From Heptranchias perlo (Eukaryota): DNA of 64,000 nt. The notes below the pieces were generated by a model. The model was not told where the DNA came from, ran no database searches, and saw nothing but the letters and a program-made list of their open reading frames with translations. Positions 35,301-50,300 of the stretch are shown here, in pieces. Made by a program: the position numbers and the translations under genes. Numbering within the stretch: the first letter of the stretch is position 1; each line of letters opens with the position of its first letter. Location: positions 1,488,001 through 1,552,000 of the forward strand of contig NC_090358.1 in assembly GCF_035084215.1 (NCBI RefSeq). Reading direction: 5' to 3'.

Positions 35301-38300
35301 CTGGCCAGGCAATCATTGGAATAGTTGAATCTGGAGCTGACACAGTGATTAATGTTTTTAGCAGGGGTGGAGGCGGAAGATGTTAGGGAAGTGGAAGTAG
35401 ACGGTCTTTGTGATGGAGACGATATGGAGTTGGAAACTAAGCTGATGGGCCAAGATTGTGAATAGTCTGGCAAGACATTTTTGACATTGCGTAAAAGGAT
35501 TTTGGGTTATATGTTTCTTGAGTTCTTGCTGGTTTCTGAAGATTGTTCAGACTATGAAATTTTGTAAGAGCTCAGCTTGCCTATTCCACTTGAAACCCTG
35601 TACCTGAGGAATACAATTAAAGATATTATTCTGTTACCTAGAGAAGTCTGGACTGTTATAGTTCACAGTGCTAGTACTGAGGGCATTTTTATTAATTCCA
35701 AGAGACTGTTTTAATGGCTGGTGGAGGGCTGGTGTGAGCTCTTGATAAACATCTACAAATTTTAGTTGTTTCAGTGTTGGCCACGGCTCAGTGGGTAGCA
35801 CTCTCGCCTCCGAGTCAGAAAGTCATGGGTTCAAGCCCCACACCAGAGACTTGAGTTTATAATTCAGGCTGACGCAGCACTGACAGATTGTACTTAGAAA
35901 AGGGAATAGTACCAGAGGATTGGCGGACAGCTGACATGATTCCTGTATTTACAAAGGGAGATAGAACAAGTTCAGGGAACTATAGACCAATTAGCTTAAT
36001 GTCGGTGGTAGGAAAGATAATGGAATCCTTACTCAAAGATGTAATAGGGAAACACCTAGAAACCAAAAATATAATAAAGAATAGTCAGCACGGATTTCGA
36101 AAGGGAAGGTCATGCTTGACCAACCTTATTGAAATCTTTGAAGAAGTAACAGAAAGTGTAGACAAGGGCAGTGTAGTAGATGTAATATATTTGGATTTTC
36201 AAAAGGCCTCGATAAGGTACTGTATAGACTTATGACTAAGGTCAGAGCATGTGGAGTCAGGGGACAGGTAGCAGAATGGATTGCAAGCTGGCTACAAAAC
36301 AGAAAACAGAGAGTAGGGGTTAAAGGTAGTTACTTAAACTGGCAAAAGGTGAGAAGTGGTGTTCCACAAGGATCGGTGCTGGGACCACTGGTGTTCACAA
36401 TTTGCATAAACAATTTGGACGCGGGAATCAGAAGTACAATTTCAAAATTTGTGGACGACACCAAATTGGGGGGTATAGTTAATACTGAAGAGGACTGCGA
36501 CAAAATACAAGAAGATACTAATAAGCTTGCAGAATGGACGTGTAATTGGCAAATTAATTTCAGTATAGATAAACAAAAGTAGCTACACTTCAAATGTAAT
36601 TCATTGCCTGTGAAGCGCTTCGAAATGTCTTGAGGACATGAAAAGAGCTATATAAACGGAATTCTTTCATGTACCTTAATATTAGTCTGACCAGATTTGA
36701 ATTTTAGCTAAAATTGATTAGTTGTTCAGTTTGTCAAGTCCATGGTCTGTGTGTAATGTTTTCACCCATCCAAAGCGAATGTCAGATGAAAGCACAAGAT
36801 TACACTTAACCCAGTAGCAGTATCACTAGTGAGATCATTGTTACTTCCTGGATCCATGCACTCTGCTGAAACAGAACTAAGGGATGTAGAGTTCAGATTG
36901 CAGGGCGGCTGTCTGCTTCTCAAAACTGTAAACATATAGGTGAATGAGAAAACTGCCAACAGAACCCAAAACTGTAACACCATTCTGTGTGTTGATGCAA
37001 GGCTCTGCAGTTTCCTCCTGTATCCTTACCCTTTCTCTTTCAATCCCTTCCAAAGTTAGATCATATCTAACCTGTTGCCTTCCTTAACATGACATTTCCA
37101 AACTCCTAACAGCTCTAGTTTGATACAATTTTTTTTATTCGTTCATAGGATGTGGGCATCACTGGCGAGGCTGGCATTTATTGCCCATCCCTAATTGTCC
37201 TTGAGAAGGTGGTGGTGAGCTGCCTTCTTGAACCACTGCAGTCTGTTTGGTGAAGGTTCTCCCACAGTGCTGTTAGGTAGGGAGTTCCAGGATTTTGACC
37301 CAGCGACGATGAAGGAACGGCGATATATTTCCAAGTCGGGATGGTGTGTGACTTGGAGGGGAACGTGCGGGTGGTGTTCTTCCCATGTGCCTGCTGTCCT
37401 TGGTGGTAGAGGTTGTGGGTTTGGGAGGTGCTGTTGAAGAAGCCTTGGCGAGTTGCTGCAGTGCATCCTGTGAATGGTACACACTGCAGCCACGGTGCAA
37501 GTGGGCTGCTTTGACCTGGATGGTGTCAAGCTTCTTGAGTGTTGTTGGAGCTGCACTCATCCAGGCAAGTGAAGAGTATTCCATCACACTCCTGACTTGT
37601 GTAAAGAATCTTACAACACCAGGTTATAGTCCAACAGTTTTATTTGAAAATCACAAGCTTTCGGAGATTATCTCCTTCGTCAGGTGAGTGAGAAAGGAGA
37701 TGAAGGAGATAATCTCCAAAAGCTTGTGATTTTCAAATAAAACTGTTGGACTATAACCTGGTGTTGTAAGATTCTTTACATTTGTCAACCCTAGTCCATC
37801 ACCGGCATCTCCACATCATGTCTCCTGACTTGTGCCTTGTAGATGGTGGAAAGGCTTTGGGGAGTCAGGAGGTGAGTCACTCGCCGCAGAATACCCAGCC
37901 TCTGACCTGCTCTTGTAGCCACAGTATTTATGTGGCTGGTCCAGTTAAGTTTCTGGTCAATGGTGACCCCCAGGATGTTGATGGTGGGGGATTCTGTGAT
38001 GGTAATGTCGTTGAATGTCATAGGGAGGTGGTTAGACTCTTGTTGGAGATGGTCATTGACTGGCACTTGTCTGGAGCGAATGTTACTTGCCACTTATCAG
38101 CCCAAGCCTGGATGTTGTTCAGGTCTTGCTGCATGCGGGCACAGATAGCTTCATTATCTGAGGGGTTGCGAATGAAACTGAATACTGTGCAATCATCAGC
38201 GAACATCCCCATTTCTGACCTTATAATGGAGGGAAGGTCATTGATGAAGCAGCTGAAGATGGTTCGGCCTAGGACACTGCCCTGAGGAACTCCTGCAGCA

Positions 38301-41300
38301 ATGTCCTGGGGCTGAGATGACTGGCCTCCAACAACCACTACCATCTTCCTTTGTGCTAGGTATGACTCCAGCCACTGGAGAGTTTCCCCCCTGATTCCCA
38401 TTGACTTCAATTTTACTCGGGCTCCTTGGTGCCACACTTGGTCAAATGTTGCCTTGATGTCAAGGGCACTCACTCTTACCTCCCCTCTGGAATTCAGCTT
38501 TTTTTTTCCATGTTTGGACCAAGGCTGTAATGAGGTCTGGAGCCGAGTGGTCCTGGCGGAACCCAAACTGAGCATCGGTGAGCAGGTTATTGGTGAGTAA
38601 GTGCCGTTTGATAGCACTGTCGACAACACTTTCCATTACTCTGCCGATGATTGAGAGTAGACTGATAGGGCGGTAATTGGCCGGATTGGATTTGTCCTGC
38701 TTTTTGTGGACAGGACATACCTGGGCAATTTTCCACATTGTCGGGTAGATGCCAGTGTTGTAGCTGTACTGAAACAGTTTGGCTAGAGTTGCGGCTAGTT
38801 CTGGAGCACAAGTCTTTAGCACTACAGCCGGGATGTTGTCGGGGCCCGTAGCCTTTGCTGTATCCAGTGCACTCAGCCGTTTCTTGATATCACGTGGAGT
38901 GAATCGAATTGGCTGAAGTCTGGCTTCCGTGATGGTGGGGATACCGAGAGGAGGCCAAGATGGATCATCCACTCGGCACTTCTGGCTGAAGATGGTTGCA
39001 AACGCTTCACCCTTGTCTTTTGCACTCACGTGCTGGACTCCGCCATCATTGAGGATGGGGATGTTTGCAGAGCCTCCTCCTCCCGTTAGTTGTTTAATTG
39101 TCCACCACCATTCACGACTGGATGTGGCAGGACTGCAGAGCTTTGATCTGATCCGTTGGTTGTGGAATTGCTTAGCTCTGTCTTTAGCATGTTGCTTGCG
39201 CTGTTTAGCATGCATGTAGTCCTGTGTTCAACCGTATTTAGCAAAATACGAATCAGTCAATCATGAAGATGTCTGCTGCATTTAGCTGATGTCAAGGAGT
39301 GGCTCTTGTAGTTTTAGTGGAGATTGGCCATTCCCTTTGGTACTGAATGCTGATCGTGAGACATCAACTACAAACCCAGCCACTAAAAGGGGAGTGAGAG
39401 AAAGGATGTTCCACTTTAAAAATAAACATTTACCAGTAACTTTTGGTATCATTTGTTATGTGCTGTGTAAATTGTCTTTTTGATACCTTGCTTACTTTCT
39501 AATTGTGGCTGACAAAGGAAGCCTACAGTAAATCACCTTAACACTCAAGATTATGACTTCACAAAGCAGAAATTGATCACTATTTTAATGCACCAGCTTC
39601 TAAACTTTCTCAAAATGCAGTTTTCCTTGCTCTGACTTCCTGTTATCAAACTTGTATCTAACCCATAATTTTCAACAACTTCTCCATGGGTTGTAATAAG
39701 TGGAAATAATCCTTTCTGCACCTCCAAAATCCCTCACTTGATTAACAGAAATTCATCAGAAAATGTTGCTAGAGGTGTGGATTTCAACTGTTAAAAAGCC
39801 CTTTTGTACTTGCTGTTCATTTAATTCCAAAGCAGCACATGGTGTAAAAATTGTTTCACTGATGAAATTGGAGAAGTAGTTTGCCAGTTATGAAAATCTG
39901 ACCCTGCCAGCAACACTTGCAGACAGTACAGGTATTGTGTGATTTTCCATTTGATTGTCATAACCTGAGTTTACAATTGTAGGAGTGGTGAAATATGCAA
40001 AGATTCTTTTAATGGGAAACTCTATAAACACAGTGTTTTAAATTAATGCAGTGAGTCACGGTTTCTCATATTAGCCACAGTAAATAAGTGTATTCAAGAC
40101 TGGGGGAGGGATGGTGTGTGGATCAGAGCTTCAGTGCAGTGAGTGAGGCAAGGAATATTCCCCACACTGACCGTCCAAGCTCAGCTGTGTTGTTTTGGGT
40201 CGGCATTAATTAGAAGCCAGGTGCTTCCTATCGGGAAGGGAGAAACAAGCAGGGCGAGTCACCCAGGCCCACTCTTGCACTGTTCCAAAATAGAGATATT
40301 TCTGCATTATATTTCATATAACTTTAGATGGACAGGATAAATCCAATTTAAAGTTGGGTTGAGCTGATTCTTTAAAGGAATTCTTTTGTCTCTGTGACCA
40401 ATATACCTAACTGTTTGGCCCCCCACTATATCTAGCCCAGATGTTGTCACTGTATTCAGAAATTAATTCACTCAAACGATTGATGCCTGGGTGACTCCTT
40501 TGTGATGCCAGTGCAAGAATTGTAGGCGAGGGGAAGCAGACAGCATCATTAGATAGGATGGTTGAACATCTGTGACACAAAAGACTTCTTTTTGGCATAA
40601 ATCATAGTCCTAGCTGCTCAAGTTTAATTCAGTTCTGAATTGTTACCTGGATTCTGCTCACTTGATGAGGAATCATGTCGCCCATCTTGTTCTCAAGGTT
40701 TACAGCTGTTCCATCCAAAACCTGTTGTGAAACTGACTGTATAAGAAATACTTTTTGAAAAAGGATATTTTAAATCCTTGTAGACTGATTCTATCTTTTT
40801 ATTGTTTTAAATATTGTATTTTCAGTTTCTTGCAGACTTACTCCCTCTGCACCCCACTTCCCCTTCATCCCCATCAAAGGTGAACAAGGAATGTAGGCAC
40901 TTGTAATGGCATTGATGAACCTTATTGTGAAGTATTGGAGTGTTGCTTGATCCTGTCCATATTTGTACAAACATTGTTTTAAACTTTTCTTTGTTTGTTG
41001 CTTGCAGAATGCCTTGAAAAATAATTTGTAAAAACTGAGAAGTTCATAATATATTTGCTTTTTTAAAAAACTTCAGTAGAAATGCAAACAGCAAGAAAGC
41101 TTAGAAAATACTATCTGTTAAACTGGTGATGTTTGCACTCTTTCAACAGAAACCTGATATCAAGATCACTGGAAATACCCTCTCGTTCAGAGGTAAGATT
41201 CTAATGCTGTACACGAGGCACAACAGGTTCCTTTTCTGTTGTGTATAAATCAAAGTCAAAACTAAAATGCCTGTAATTATAAATGCATTTTTCCTGTCTG

Positions 41301-44300
41301 ATAGACAATTACACTGGGTTTTTTTACGCTTATAATCGTGCTAGTCTGGAGCTTGTTATAAACAAACTGCTCCATAAATTCAGATTGTGTATAAATAGTT
41401 GAAAAATATTAACTTAGCCACCAGGAAGCTTTTTTTAAAAAAACGTTGATCAAAAAATTGCACGGGGGGAGTGAAGATCGAGTGTAGTCTTCAGGTGAAG
41501 CGCGGTTAGAGGGTGGGGTTGACTGGAGCGTGGATGTAATTCAGTCCCCATTTTAAGGTCGTACATTCTTTCCTTATTTTTAGGCAATATATTTTCATTT
41601 GATGTTAGTTATCGTTAAATAGCAAAACTTATCACAGTTTGGGAAGCAGCGAAGTAGAGTTGGTTGGAGTCTAGGAGTTTCCCTTCAGTAGCTGGCTGGC
41701 AGATGCAAAACTGAGTCACTACAGCACCACAACTGGCAGGAGGATGTAATTATAGCGTGACAAGTTTACATAGGCAGTTTCCATTGTAAATGTGAATATA
41801 GAAATTTATAATGGCAAAAGTTGACACAAAAGTGTGACAACAGGAAATAAGGATTTGTAGACAGGAAGTGCGTGCAGATGTAAGATTTTTAATATTATAC
41901 ATGATAAAAAGTAAGATCTTGTTGCCTTCCTATCTAGAACATTTCAACAGTTTGTGAAAAAGTCCAATCTAATCATCTTTTGTGAAATTATGGTTCATTA
42001 AAGCTTATGATTCTTGCCAAATTACGGGCAGTTTTGTGCTGTTAACATGTGAATCCTAGGAACTGGATTGAGATAAATATGAATGTAGAAGGCCATTTAG
42101 TTCATCTTGGGTCATCCAACTGGAAAAACCCTCTCCCCATCACAACTTCTGAATGTGTTGTAAATGACTAAAAGGCTTTTGACTCGAGCCCTACATGGAT
42201 GTCAAGTGTTTATCACTCTTAGTATGAAGAAAAACTTCCTGACATTGATTCCATCTCCGAAGGGAAACATCTGCATAAATATTCTCTGACCCAAAAGATA
42301 ATTGAGCAAAATTCCAGAATATTCATCCACACTCTCCTCTCCAGTTTGAGTCTCTGACCTCGAGACAACAATCCCCCACAGCCCAGTAACACAGTGTTCT
42401 GTGGCGTTTATGATCATCTCAATCTATACTTACCACCATCAATCCCATTCCTGGGGTAAGAATTCTTCTGGTCGCCGTGTGTAGTGTCACCACAAATGTG
42501 CCTGAAAAGACTGGTCCCATAGACCACCTCTCATTTCATTTAAGACCCTTGCAATCAGCAGAAAAAGCCTGTAACCCGAACTGAATTCAAACCTGTTTCC
42601 CAGCAGTGAGAGGAAAGTGTTTTAACTCACTGTGCCGAGCAGTCTATTACTTGGAATTTAAATGGAATAAAATGACACATCAACCCAATCAAATTAGAAT
42701 CTCAGAGATCCTACTTATGAGTACCAACCAATCAACAATAGGCCTGTAGTTATTTACTTAAGATTTGGAATCCAGATAGCCCTACTTCCAAATAGCATTC
42801 TCTTGGTTTGCCTGGCTAGAGTTTTATAAAAAAAGGGAACACCGAATATCTGCACTGGGAATTTTAACCAGGTGGGTTGTAATGAGAGAGAAGAAAAAAT
42901 ACATTAATGTTACTTTTAAACGGCACCAAATAAAGTAGCGTTGGCTGTATTTCCATGGCAGTGGCAGTCTGCTTTCATCATCACTGTAGTTGGCGAAGAC
43001 AAGGCACACGCTATCCCGTCCTACAAAGCATTCTGAGATGTCTCCTTCCATGATGAACACTATAGAAATGTAAGTTGTTGACTGAGCTTCATATATGTAC
43101 AGCTTTAGAGTTACCGATAAGACACTATGTCCAGTAGTCATTTAACTCATCCTGAGACAGCAGTGTACAGAATCTCCCAGCCCTGATAAAGGTGTTTGAA
43201 TGTGATGTCTAACATGTTATAGTGTCAAATATTTTCTAACATTTTCTACATTCTAATCAAATATTTTCTAATATTTTCTACATTCAGCACATGGCCATGG
43301 TGCAAAAGGAGACAATGCATATGAATTCCATCTTGCATTCCTGGAAGCTGTGAATCCTAAGGTATGTCACTAATTGCTGATGGTTTAACACTTTGACGGC
43401 GATAGCATTTCAGCTACAATCCTAATGAGAGTTGACTGTTTTCAGTTGATCTTTTGATTTGTTTCCTCATGAGACCACCAGCTGAGACCATAGTCAGGCT
43501 CTCTGCAAAAAGGCAGACCAGATTGTTTGATCTGATGATGAATAAGATAAGGGGAAGCCATGTTCATGTGACTGGTAAGATGATGCGTTGTCTGCAGCAT
43601 TTAGTAGTTCCTGGGTACGTGATGACTGACCAAGATACAAAACATTGCAATTCAAAAGGTGTCACATTCAAGATGCTCTGTTGTGTTTTTGAAAGCTTTG
43701 TGTGGTTGGAGGCCTCTCAGGTTGAGAATTACAACAAAAAGTCGGCCCATACTTTAGTTCACTCAGTTCAACTGTATTTCCAGGCAACTGTTGTGAGACA
43801 GAATATCATTAGTGCAGAAACAGACAGTTATGTAAAAAGCCCATCAAAAGACCGAGATTAAAGGATTCTGAAAATTTGAAATGCTTTGTTATTTTGGTCT
43901 CTGAAAATGATTTAATGTATCAGGGACAGTTAAGTTCTCTTATTTTATCTAATGATTTATTTTGCTTCTGTATAAATTTATGTCGTGCAGTAAGTTTGAC
44001 TAGTAATTTTAGCTCAAGCTGTATGGTCCGTCAATATTGTGTTTAATTGCCTTTTGGAGAGCGTGGTGGGCGACCCGTACTAATTGTTAAGTCTGGGTTT
44101 CCAGTCTCTTCAAATACAACGTTGAGCTCCAGTCCAAAGGAGGTGCAGGCCTGTCTATGGAAGGTGCCTTTGTGCTGAGTGAGAATAAATAGTTTTGTGA
44201 AAGGGCCTGAAATGTAACAGTCTAATTAAATTGAGAACAAACCTCTGACGTGACCTTTGGGTGGGTAGCCAAGCAAATTAGCCCTTTCCTTGAGCATAAA

Positions 44301-47300
44301 AGAGGTTAAAATGTCTACCATTTAGTGGCCCAGCTAATATTTTGGGTACAGGGCTATTATTTATGACCCTCGTACAGTAAATGGTGAGGCAAATAACCTT
44401 GCTGGCAGGAAATTTACATCAAAAGAAATGTTCTGTGTCGATAGCCAGTGTTCAAGGCCACTGAAAGACAAGTGAATATAACGGTGAAGAAAGTGGAGAA
44501 CAGATGGTGGGACAGACTGACCAAACAAGAAAAGAAACCAATATTCTTGGCTCCTGATTTTGACCGCTGGCTGGACGAGTCTGATGCTGAAATGGAACTT
44601 CAGGCAAAGGTAACTTCAGTGAGGGGGCACTAGGTGTCGTGTTGGGTTCGAGAACTGCCCTTTCCTTTCTATCATTTTGTTTCAAAACTAACCACTGTTG
44701 AATTTACTTTGGACAGTCTCTATCAAACTTGCAATTGGCACAAGTCCATAGCACAAACCTGACCATGGTATCGCCAAATAAGGAATTCAGGAGAAAATTC
44801 TTTACTCAGAGAGTGGTGAGAATGTGGAATTTGCTACCACATTTAGCTGTTGAGGCGAAAAGCATAGATGCATTTAAGGGGAAGCTAGATAAGAATATGA
44901 GGGAGAAATGAATAGAAGGATATGTAGAAAGGGTGAGATGAAGTAGGGATGCAGCAGGCTCGTGTGGAGCATAAACCCCGGCCTAGACCTGTTGGGCTGA
45001 ATGGCCTGTTTCTGTGCTGTAAAGTTCTATGTAATTCTATGTAAAATTGGCAGTGTCATTAAGACAGGCCATAGGGACAACAGGTGAGGAATTGGCAATA
45101 GTGTGGCGTAGTTGGGTACAACATTTTGTGACAAAGGTAGGGAAAACTTTACTCAGTATCTAAATCATGTTGTACCTCACCAGGAATTGTTGATGTTATC
45201 ACTGGGAATGAATGTTTTAAAAAAAAAACCTGGAAAACCGTTCGATTCCTCAGCAGTGTCAGAGATGCAGTGAAAACCTGGTCCAATCATATGGTCAAGA
45301 AAGAATGAAATTTTCTTTTGCTTCAAGGCCGATCAGGATAAAATGGGACTCCTGATGTAAATGACACTGATGTAAATAAGAAGTTGCCCTAAGACTTAAT
45401 ATCCATGGAACAGACAAGATTGTGTCAGCTTCTGACTGTAGGTGTTGATTTTATATTTTTTGCTGCTTCACTCAGTATTAGAGTGAGCTTTAGACTGTTG
45501 TCCTGTGGAGAATGAGCCGTGACCTTATACATAGAATTACATAGAATTTACAGCACAGAAACAGGCCATTCGGCCCAACTGGTCTATGCCGGTGTTTATG
45601 CTCCACATGAGCCTCCTCCCACCCTACTTCATCTCACCCTATCAACATATCCTTCTACTAATTTCTTCCTCATATTCTTAACCAGCTTCCCCTTAATCGC
45701 ATCTATGCTTTTCACCTCAACTACTCCATGAAGTAGTGAGTTCCATGTTATCATCACTCTCTGAAAAAGGAACTCTCACCTATTCACTTAAAATTAATTG
45801 TAATTAACAACATCTTGTTTTCATGTATTTATTCCGTGTTTTATCTTGGTTTAAATGACTAGTGCTGATAACCTCAGTGGGTAACTTGTTTTGAAGGTGC
45901 TCCTATGTGAGTGGATGAATAAACATATAATTGAAATGATATAATGGCTGCATTTCCCTGGTGAATGCACATTAGGAGATATATTCAGCAGCCCCACTAT
46001 AAACACTGACGCTCTCAGTACTGAGCTTTAATAAATAGTCTTCAATTCTTGTTTGTAGCATTTGTATTTTTCCCCTCCCTTTGGAAAGTGATGACTTGTG
46101 CTCGGTGCTAACCCTCAGCCTCTGGTTGCCATTTGTACTGTGCCCAGGTGGCCGTTCTTTGATTGTGACTTTGGACATTGAGTATCGATAGGCTGTTTGA
46201 TTGATGGGTGCATCACAGCTGAACCTGATCCTGTCAGCACCTGGATTTTAAACAGATGGTGACCAGCAACAGCTGATCCTTCAGGGACAGTACGGCCAGT
46301 TATAACACCCTGAATATTTCATGGCTGATAGCACAGGTCACACACTGAACCTGAGACCTACCTGATCTATGTAGCTCAGTATTATATCCTATTATATTAG
46401 TAATACAAGTATTTATTAATATAATAATTATAAAATTACTATTATTATAAAATTAAAACTATTATAATAATTATAACCTTGATCTCCCTGGCTAAGATTC
46501 TGTTAGGGTGCATGAGAGCCGTCTGTGGTGAGAGGCCCCTGGAATATCGCTCAGCTTTACAGACCCGTAGTTTCTTGGTTATCTCTCCATCTTGTACCTT
46601 TTAACCCCTTTACTAAGCAAACAGGAGTTGTATCTTCTAATAACCTGAATGATGTTTCTGTATTATAACTGATTGTAATTAAACCCTTTCTGTTCTTCAT
46701 TTGTAGGAAGAAGAAGAAGAAATTAATAGAATAAGTTTGGAGTCGAGGGTTCGGAAGGATTGTAAGTATAGCCCACTGTTCACTGTTGTGACTTGTTTAG
46801 ATGTTACAGTGTACATTGTCTGGATTCCACTTGAACAACAGGTATTCAAATAAAACTAAAGTCCAAAACAAATCACGTGGGTAGGCTGTGGGCATCATTT
46901 AAAGAGCATCACCATCAGGCCCCGTCATATAAAACAGTTGCAAACTTATTATTTTCAATATCTTCTGTATTTGTGTACATTTGTTTTTCTGTCGGTAACA
47001 ATAGCAGTAACAGTAGCATGTCGTTAATTTAAATGGGATGGTGGGCGGGGCGCTCCCTGTGGTGTGGGAGGGGAGCTCTCCCCTGTGGTGGGTGGGTGGT
47101 GGGGCTGGGGAGCTCTCTCCTGTGGGTAAATGCACTGCACAGTTTGGCACTGAGTCACACAGACCAAGGTGGCCCCTGGGCTGTGTTGATCTCAGCTGAG
47201 CACAGGCAGTGGGAATAAAATTAGGCTGTGTCCTTTGGATAGGGAAGAGTCAAAAAAGTTAGGGTTCCTACTCCTGATTGCTGTCTAATGATCCCTGCTG

Positions 47301-50300
47301 GAATGTGTGTGTGTGTTCAGGTGAGGACAGTAATGCCCATCATCACTTGCTGTTTAGGTTCACAAATGAAAATCCTAACCAGCACAAGGCACAGAGGGCT
47401 GGTGACACTCATGAAACTATACTTTTCCCTGAGTCGTCACTCACTGATAAGTGGCGAGTAACATTCACGCCAGACAAGTGCCAGGCAATGACCATCTCCA
47501 ACAAGAGAGAGTCTAACCACCTCCCCTTGACATTCAACGGCATTACCATCACCGAATCCCCCACCATCAACATCCTGGGGGTCACCATTGACCAGAAACT
47601 TAACTGGACCAGCCATGTAAATATTGTGGCTACAAGAGCAGGTCAGAGGCTGGGTATTCTGCGGCGAGTGACTCACCTCCTGACTCCCAAAGCCTTTCCA
47701 CCATCTACAAGGCACAAGTCAGAAGTGTGATGGAATACTGTCCACTTGCTTGGATGAGTGCAGCTCCAATAACCCTCAAGAAGCTCAACACCATCCAGGA
47801 CAAAGCAGCCCGCTTGATTGGCACCCCATCCACCACCCTAAACATTCACTCCCTTCACCACCGGTGCGCAGTGGCTGCAGTGTGTACCATCCACAGGATG
47901 CACTGCAGCAACTCGCCAAGGCTTCTTCGACAGCACCTCCCAAACCCGTGACTTCTACCACCTAGAAGGACAAGGGCAGCAGGCACGTGGGAACAGCACC
48001 ACCTGCACGTTCCCCTCCAAGTCACACACCATCCCGACTTGGAAATATATCGCCGTTCCTTCATCGTCGCTGGGTCAAAATCCTGGAACACCCTTCCTAA
48101 CAGCACTGTGGGAGAACCGTCACCACATGGACTGCAGCGGTTCAAGAAGGCGTCTCATTAGGGATGGGCAATAAATACTGGCCTCGGCAGTGACGCCCAC
48201 ATCCCATGAAATAAAAAAAATAGGAAAGGAGAGATAAGGGAGAGGATTTTTTAAAAAGAATTAACTACCAGCCTAAAGTGTTGGAGTGCGATTTGTTCTG
48301 TGCTGGGCCAAGCTGCTGTCTGAAACTCAATGTAATCCTTTCTTTCATGGTGTCTAGAACTCAGACCATTGAATAATCACATCTGTCCCCATCACTTTGA
48401 CAATGTATGCTGCTGAAAGTTTACCTCTGAAAAACTGAGTTATAATTTTGTAAAAAGCAAAATCAAAATGCTAAGTATACACGTGTGCATTAAAATGTTT
48501 TATTGTAGACCTAACATTTGACATTTGCACCAAAATCTTTGAAGTTTAAATTGGGAATATTTTATATCTGAATTCAGGCCGCTTCTCATGATGCGATGTG
48601 AGGTGATCATTGGTGAACTCCTCAGTGTAAGGAATCCTTCACCCCAGTGCCACAGTCTCTGTTGTGTCTGATTGTGCCTGAAGTCCATCAGGATAGCATT
48701 GTCCCCATCTGCTAATCACAGGGTTGGTCTGTTTTTCTGGGACATTTGGCTGATGTACAAATTTCATATATTGCTCAATCCTTTCTTACAATATTGTTAT
48801 GCAATTATTTCTTTCACTATGATCCGCTCATACGAAAAGATGTTTTTGCACATTAGCTCATTCACTTATATTTCGATCACAAAATGAGTATTTTAATACT
48901 TTAAAAATGTATACAAAATATTGCTGGATTTTAATGGTACCAACTTACCCGATATTAACATGCGTTGCTTAACAGACATGCTTGTAATTGGGGCAATGCA
49001 AAATCTCAGAGGCCGAATTATAGATATCCTGTCCCATTGCTTTGTGTCACATGCTTAAAACAATTCTTTGATCCCCCGTTCAGGTCCATACTTATAGGAG
49101 TTGTAGAATTCAATTTGACATTGTTAATGATAGCAGTATTTGTATTGTGATTGCAGTAGTGATAGCCTGTCAAATACCTCTATATTTTTAACAAGTTAGT
49201 CTTTTCAAGCTGAGTGATCTTTGTTGAATGATGGGTGAGTAAACTGCAGCTGTGGATTCCTGGCCTTGTTTCCTGGACAGACAAGGGGTTCCTGTGACAC
49301 AAAATATGTGCCTGTTACATGTATCAGTCACTTTGCTTGACCTGAGGTTGGATGGCAGAAGATAAGTCTGATTACGGGATTGCAGCTAAAAGTTTAAGCA
49401 GAGATTAATTATATGTTGCAGTCCTTTTAAGTCTCAGTTTGAGTGGGAACAGGTAATTATCATGAATTATTTCTGAAGTGAGAGCAATTTAGGCTCCATT
49501 TAAATTTTGAGCAGAATTGCAAGAAGCTGATTTTGGTGCCCAGTGTGATAGTGTGTTGATGTATGACGATGCACCTTTGTGCCCCTGATTCCCTTTACAC
49601 ACACAGATCCAGATGTCTGGCACCCCAGATCTGATGGAACAGAGTGGCTGCAAGGAGAGAGAATCTGAGAATGAATGACCCCTGAGTCGCTCTTTGAAAT
49701 GACCTGTTAACAGGCCAACATGGGCATGGACCAGGGCGTAGGACAGCTGCCTACCCTCTTGGCTAGGGAATGGTGCTCGGCACAAAGGGAGAAGAAAAAT
49801 AACCTTAAAAAAGGAGAGTGGGAGGTGGCAGAAGCATTGTATTACATTAGAATTACACACAATGCTTTGTAGCACAGAAGCACACCAAATCTTGAAACAC
49901 AGTTTGTCCAAAGTTGTTAAACTCCAATCTTGGCCAGAATGGATTTTCCAATGGAGTAGTACAGGGTGACCAAGTTGCAGACTGAGCCCAGGCAATCTGG
50001 CCCTTGAAAGACAGAGAGTTCAATCCTATTTCTACTTATATTTCTTATTCACTGGTTTGTCCTGATTGAATTTTATGGCCCTGGCGGTTTGGGAAGGGTT
50101 GTTTTTAACACAGTTGCATATTTTATACTTTATTTTCTTAACTGAGGTCATTAAAATATTTACAATTCGTGTATTTTGTTTCCAGCAGCATTAATGTTTT
50201 ATTTCCTTCCTAACAGCCTATGTCACCATGAGGAAAGGTTACTTATTTATGTACAATTTGGTGCAGTTTCTGGGCTTCTCCTGGATCTTTGTCAATATGA

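Noticed and set aside
49489-49995. 168-aa minus-strand ORF in HACD3 intron 5
   Set aside because: No recognisable domain or exon structure; consistent with a chance ORF.
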